A stretch of 48,989 nt of DNA from an uncultured bacterium. GTDB taxonomy: Bacteria; Patescibacteriota; Patescibacteriia; Magasanikbacterales; GWA2-37-8. Shown piece by piece: positions 45,935-48,989 of the stretch (positions are counted from its first letter, which is position 1; each line of letters opens with the position of its first letter). The notes beneath the pieces were generated by a model. It was not told the DNA's origin, did not search any database, and saw only the letters and a list, made by a program, of their open reading frames with translations. The position numbers were made by a program, and so were the translations under genes. Where the stretch lies: the NCBI GenBank assembly GCA_937903605.1, contig CALCZC010000013.1, positions 1-48,989 on the forward strand, written 5' to 3'.

Positions 45935-46330
45935 ATGAAAATTTTTGTTCAATTTGTTTCAAGCTTAGTGGGCGGCATATTGTTAGGCATCATTGGACTT
46001 TTTATTGGCTCCATGATTGGCGGCAATTTCGGCTTCCCTGAATTCGGAGGTAACGTTGGATATCAAGCAGGAGGCCCTTTTTTCGGAATTATTGGAATTT
46101 CGCTAGGAAGCCTCCTTGGAATAATAGCTGCTAAAAGAATTCAAAAGGATCAGTTTATATATTCAATAACCTCAATAGCCGCCATTATAACAACTATTAT
46201 CGGCTTACTTCTTTTTGATTACAATATGCCGCCAGCTATTGGCTTTAGTATACCTTTGATGCCAGCAATAGTATTAATAATCGTCACAAATTGGCAAAAA
46301 TTTTTTAAAATTAAACTAAATAAAACTTAG
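45935..46330 (+). CDS. Gly-rich multi-TM membrane protein (cassette gene)
   Basis: 131 aa, about 4 TM helices with GxxxG repeats. Confidence 0.7.
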   Translation: MKIFVQFVSSLVGGILLGIIGLFIGSMIGGNFGFPEFGGNVGYQAGGPFFGIIGISLGSLLGIIAAKRIQKDQFIYSITSIAAIITTIIGLLLFDYNMPPAIGFSIPLMPAIVLIIVTNWQKFFKIKLNKT

Positions 46331-46345
46331 CCAAAATTCAACATC

Positions 46346-46432
46346 ACTTAACACGGGATACACGGTAAAGTCTTTCGCGGAAAGACTTTACTCAAATTGC
46401 TACGCAACTTCGCTTATCCCGGAACGTTATCT
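46346..46432 (+). other. attC site 4
   Basis: CACTTAAC complements the cassette start G+TTAAGTG (45874); CGGGATA...TATCCCG arms; internal hairpin GTAAAGTCTTTC/GAAAGACTTTAC; GAAC-G|TT. Confidence 0.85.
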
Positions 46433-46596
46433 AAAATGTCTCTCGCTCCGCTCGCTCCATTTTAGATAATGTGGCGCGTATATCTCCGCTGTTCTCCTCG
46501 CGTCGCTTCGCGACACTTCAGATAACAGCGGATAATCTGTAATATCTGTCTGACGACTTCGTCGTCATCCAGCTACTACAGATTATCCGCGCCACA
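46427..46596 (+). mobile_element. 170-bp gene-less mini-cassette type B
   Basis: TTATCTAAAATG/CATTTTAGATAA hairpin, then AATGTGGCGCG...CGCGCCACA|TT main stem with two branches; same layout as type A with a different sequence. Confidence 0.8.
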
Positions 46597-46659
46597 TTGT
46601 GTGAAATATTTTAGAAAAATTTAAATTTATATCATATTTATTAATAATATATAATTACC

Positions 46660-48036
46660 ATGAAAAAAACACTTATTATTTTAATTACAGTGACGGCTGT
46701 TTTATTAATCGGAGCTTTTTATTTTTTCAACAGAGAATCAGCTGGACAGAAACAAGAACAAGTTTTATTAGAACAGACATATGAAATTTCTAAAGAGTAT
46801 CTTTCTCTTCGTCTCCAAACCGATGATGTTTTGATTAATGCCAAGAATTATCCTGATTATGAATCATGGAATACAGAAATGACAAAAATTATCAGTGATT
46901 GGAATAATTTAGAAAAAAAATCACAAGAATTGCAAGAAACTGCTTTTGAAATTGTAGAATTGTCTGCTATAGATTTTGATTTAATCCCAACAGCCAATGC
47001 TTATACTGCCAAAGAAATCTCAGATATTTATGACGGAGCGCCTAAATTCCAAGGTATCGCAACTCTAGCCAAACATTTGGGAGTGGATGCCAAAAGAGCC
47101 CAAGTGATTTTAGACAAGGCGCAAGCTGAGATAAGCGCCGGTGTTTTTAGTGAAGAAGGAGATGCCTTTGAAAATCTGGAAAATACCGCGATTGTAGTGA
47201 AAGATGGCTGTAAAGTGGCCGGTTTTGTGGGCGGAGTAGTAATAACCGGAGGTGCTGCGGGATTTGCAGCTGCCGGTACGATGGCCCAAGTAGGTACAGT
47301 TGTTGTAGGAGTAGATCTGGCACTTGAAGTGACAGAAGACGGAGCTCAAATTGCTTTTGGAGATAAAAATAAAGTGTCTTCTTTTGTCAAAGATATCAGA
47401 ACAGTTACCGAACCCGTTGCAAACGTATTGGCAATTACCAATATACCCGGCAACCTTGGTACCGCATACGGGAAAATCGAAAGCGTTATGATAGGATTGG
47501 AAAAGTTTCGAGAGACTGCTCAAGAAGGTAAGGTAATCGGTATTAACCTTAACAATTTCAAATACCAACCATCTTTTCAGCTTATCAAAAAAACCAAATA
47601 TCCGGGAACAGTAACAGTAGCAGAAATGGAAAAGGCGGAAGTAGAAGAATGGTTAAAAAGTTTAAACAAAAAACAAGAGCCGATGTCTCAAGAAGAAATT
47701 AAAAAGTTTTTATCAAGCTCGCTTAAATCGATAAAACAAGAAAAAGAAGATGCAAAAAATGAGACTATAGATACCGCAGAAAAAGCAAACAACGAAGTTA
47801 AGCTGATGTCAGTTGATGAATTTCAAGAACTTTTTGACGAAGAAGTGGCTTTTGAAAGTGTTTCAAAAGCCAAGAAAATTTTTGGCGAACCCGACGAAGT
47901 TAATATGTTTGAGGATGGGTATGGAAATTATGTTTATCGCAAAAGATTGGTATATCCAAACGGCAATGTTGCAAAGTTTACAATAAGATTTCATAATAAG
48001 GACGTTGAAGGTTACAGTATCGGACTAGATGAATAA
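46660..48036 (+). CDS. Membrane-anchored hypothetical protein
   Basis: 458 aa; N-terminal TM, helical region and a central Gly/Ala-rich hydrophobic hairpin. Confidence 0.75.
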   Translation: MKKTLIILITVTAVLLIGAFYFFNRESAGQKQEQVLLEQTYEISKEYLSLRLQTDDVLINAKNYPDYESWNTEMTKIISDWNNLEKKSQELQETAFEIVELSAIDFDLIPTANAYTAKEISDIYDGAPKFQGIATLAKHLGVDAKRAQVILDKAQAEISAGVFSEEGDAFENLENTAIVVKDGCKVAGFVGGVVITGGAAGFAAAGTMAQVGTVVVGVDLALEVTEDGAQIAFGDKNKVSSFVKDIRTVTEPVANVLAITNIPGNLGTAYGKIESVMIGLEKFRETAQEGKVIGINLNNFKYQPSFQLIKKTKYPGTVTVAEMEKAEVEEWLKSLNKKQEPMSQEEIKKFLSSSLKSIKQEKEDAKNETIDTAEKANNEVKLMSVDEFQELFDEEVAFESVSKAKKIFGEPDEVNMFEDGYGNYVYRKRLVYPNGNVAKFTIRFHNKDVEGYSIGLDE

Positions 48037-48081
48037 TAGTATTGTTAAATTTTTGAAAAAATTTTTAATTAACTAAAAAAT

Positions 48082-48423
48082 ATGAAAAAAAGAGTATTTG
48101 TGGCTATTTTATCAGGAGCTTTTTTGGGTATTTTTTGTATAATCGGAGTAAGTAGTAGACTTGGTTTTGCCGGAAATGAATTGTTTATATTATCTACTTG
48201 GATAAATAGAGTAGTCATGGGTTTAGTAATAGGCTTGGCGCCATATTATCAAATCCAAAATAATACCAAAAATATTATATTGCGCGGAGCGTTGCTCGGA
48301 CTCATAATAAGTGGTTCATTTTTCTTAGCCACAGACTTCAAAGATATCCTAGGATTTTTTGCAGGAATTGTTTACGGGATAATTATAGATTTTGTTGCGA
48401 CAAAATACGGAGAAAAGAAATAA
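48082..48423 (+). CDS. Four-TM membrane protein
   Basis: 113-aa hydrophobic ORF. Confidence 0.7.
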   Translation: MKKRVFVAILSGAFLGIFCIIGVSSRLGFAGNELFILSTWINRVVMGLVIGLAPYYQIQNNTKNIILRGALLGLIISGSFFLATDFKDILGFFAGIVYGIIIDFVATKYGEKK

Positions 48424-48434
48424 AAATAAAAAAT

Positions 48435-48650
48435 ATGAAAATATTATATATTTTTTTGCTCGGTGCTTGTGTTCTTTTGGGAGCAATAATTTTAAATTTA
48501 GTTGCCAATTTTATCGGACTTACCACTTGGTATGAATTTTTAAAAAATCCAAGCAAAACAAATACTATTTCTTATATCTGGCTTTTTGTTTTTTATCCAC
48601 TGGGACTGGGCTTAATAGCATATTTTGTTATCAAATTGTTAAATATTTAA
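48435..48650 (+). CDS. Small two-TM membrane protein
   Basis: 71-aa hydrophobic ORF with a TWYEFL loop. Confidence 0.6.
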   Translation: MKILYIFLLGACVLLGAIILNLVANFIGLTTWYEFLKNPSKTNTISYIWLFVFYPLGLGLIAYFVIKLLNI

Positions 48651-48665
48651 TTTTAAATTTTAAAT

Positions 48666-48694
48666 ATAAAACACTCCGATAAGGAGTGTTTTAT
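48666..48694. terminator. Bidirectional terminator
   Basis: ATAAAACACTCC-gataa-GGAGTGTTTTAT. Confidence 0.8.
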
Positions 48695-48989
48695 AGTGCC
48701 CGCCCCAAAGGGGCCCCTTCGGGGGTGTGGGAATCTGCTTCGCCTCTCGTCGTCTTCCGACTCCTCGGGCTAGCCACCAGCTCGCGGTTTTACTCGCCCG
48801 CAAGCTCGTAAAACATCGCTCCGCTGTTCTCATCCTGACGCGAGCAAACAGTTTTGCTCGCTCCCCAGACAAAATAACACAGACCAAAAAAGGTCTGTGT
48901 TATTTTGTCTGGGGCGGGAATTCCTCGTCGTCTCGCCGACAAATATCGGCTCGACTCCTTGCCCTGGGCAGCGTCGGATTCACACTGTG
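48695..48989 (-). repeat. Tandem GC-rich palindromic elements related to the tRNA-fMet-associated element
   Basis: The reverse complement of 48744-48778 matches 20578-20612 at 30/35. A perfect 23-bp inverted repeat lies at 48863-48885/48892-48914. Confidence 0.75.

Noticed and set aside
31332-48989. Prophage
   Set aside because: No structural, terminase or replication genes. Bro-N and the recombinase are explained by a solitary insertion and the cassette array.

Overview
AT-rich bacterial chromosome segment read with genetic code 11, most likely Patescibacteria/CPR (Parcubacteria-like). This assignment is an inference from gene content, tRNAs without encoded CCA and mostly SD-less AT-rich leaders. 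Positions 1-31300 are largely core genes: ychF, a Trm11-like RNA methylase, a type IV pilus operon (pilB-C-M-N-O), rpsF-ssb-rpsR-efp, an ECF sigma/anti-sigma/MacAB-like operon, four tRNAs, an AI-2E transporter, a flippase, a SpoIID/LytB protein, ruvB and nrdDG. Positions 31300-48989 are accessory: a Bro-N gene between duplicated terminators, an orphan ComDE/Ppd-like decarboxylase + methyltransferase + atypical radical SAM operon, and an unusual integron-like locus. That locus is the strongest candidate for an undescribed system. (1) A short 270-aa IntI-like tyrosine recombinase lacks the IntI-specific I2 insertion and faces away from a cassette array. (2) Every crossover point (attI-like site and four attC sites) carries a gene-less, highly structured mini-cassette inserted exactly at (G/A)|TT: four identical 153-bp copies and one 170-bp structural analogue, all closing on an ATT core. 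(3) Each gene cassette body is bracketed by long terminal inverted repeats that extend the R box. (4) One cassette is 7 kb and carries a RadC-MTase fusion, an AlwI-family REase, a second MTase and a membrane HerA-like ATPase. (5) One attC carries an 82-aa ORF inside a loop of its variable region. A second independent pattern is a family of ~100-150 bp palindromic elements that duplicate tRNA 3' ends (tRNA-Gly, tRNA-fMet, and tandem copies at the window end).
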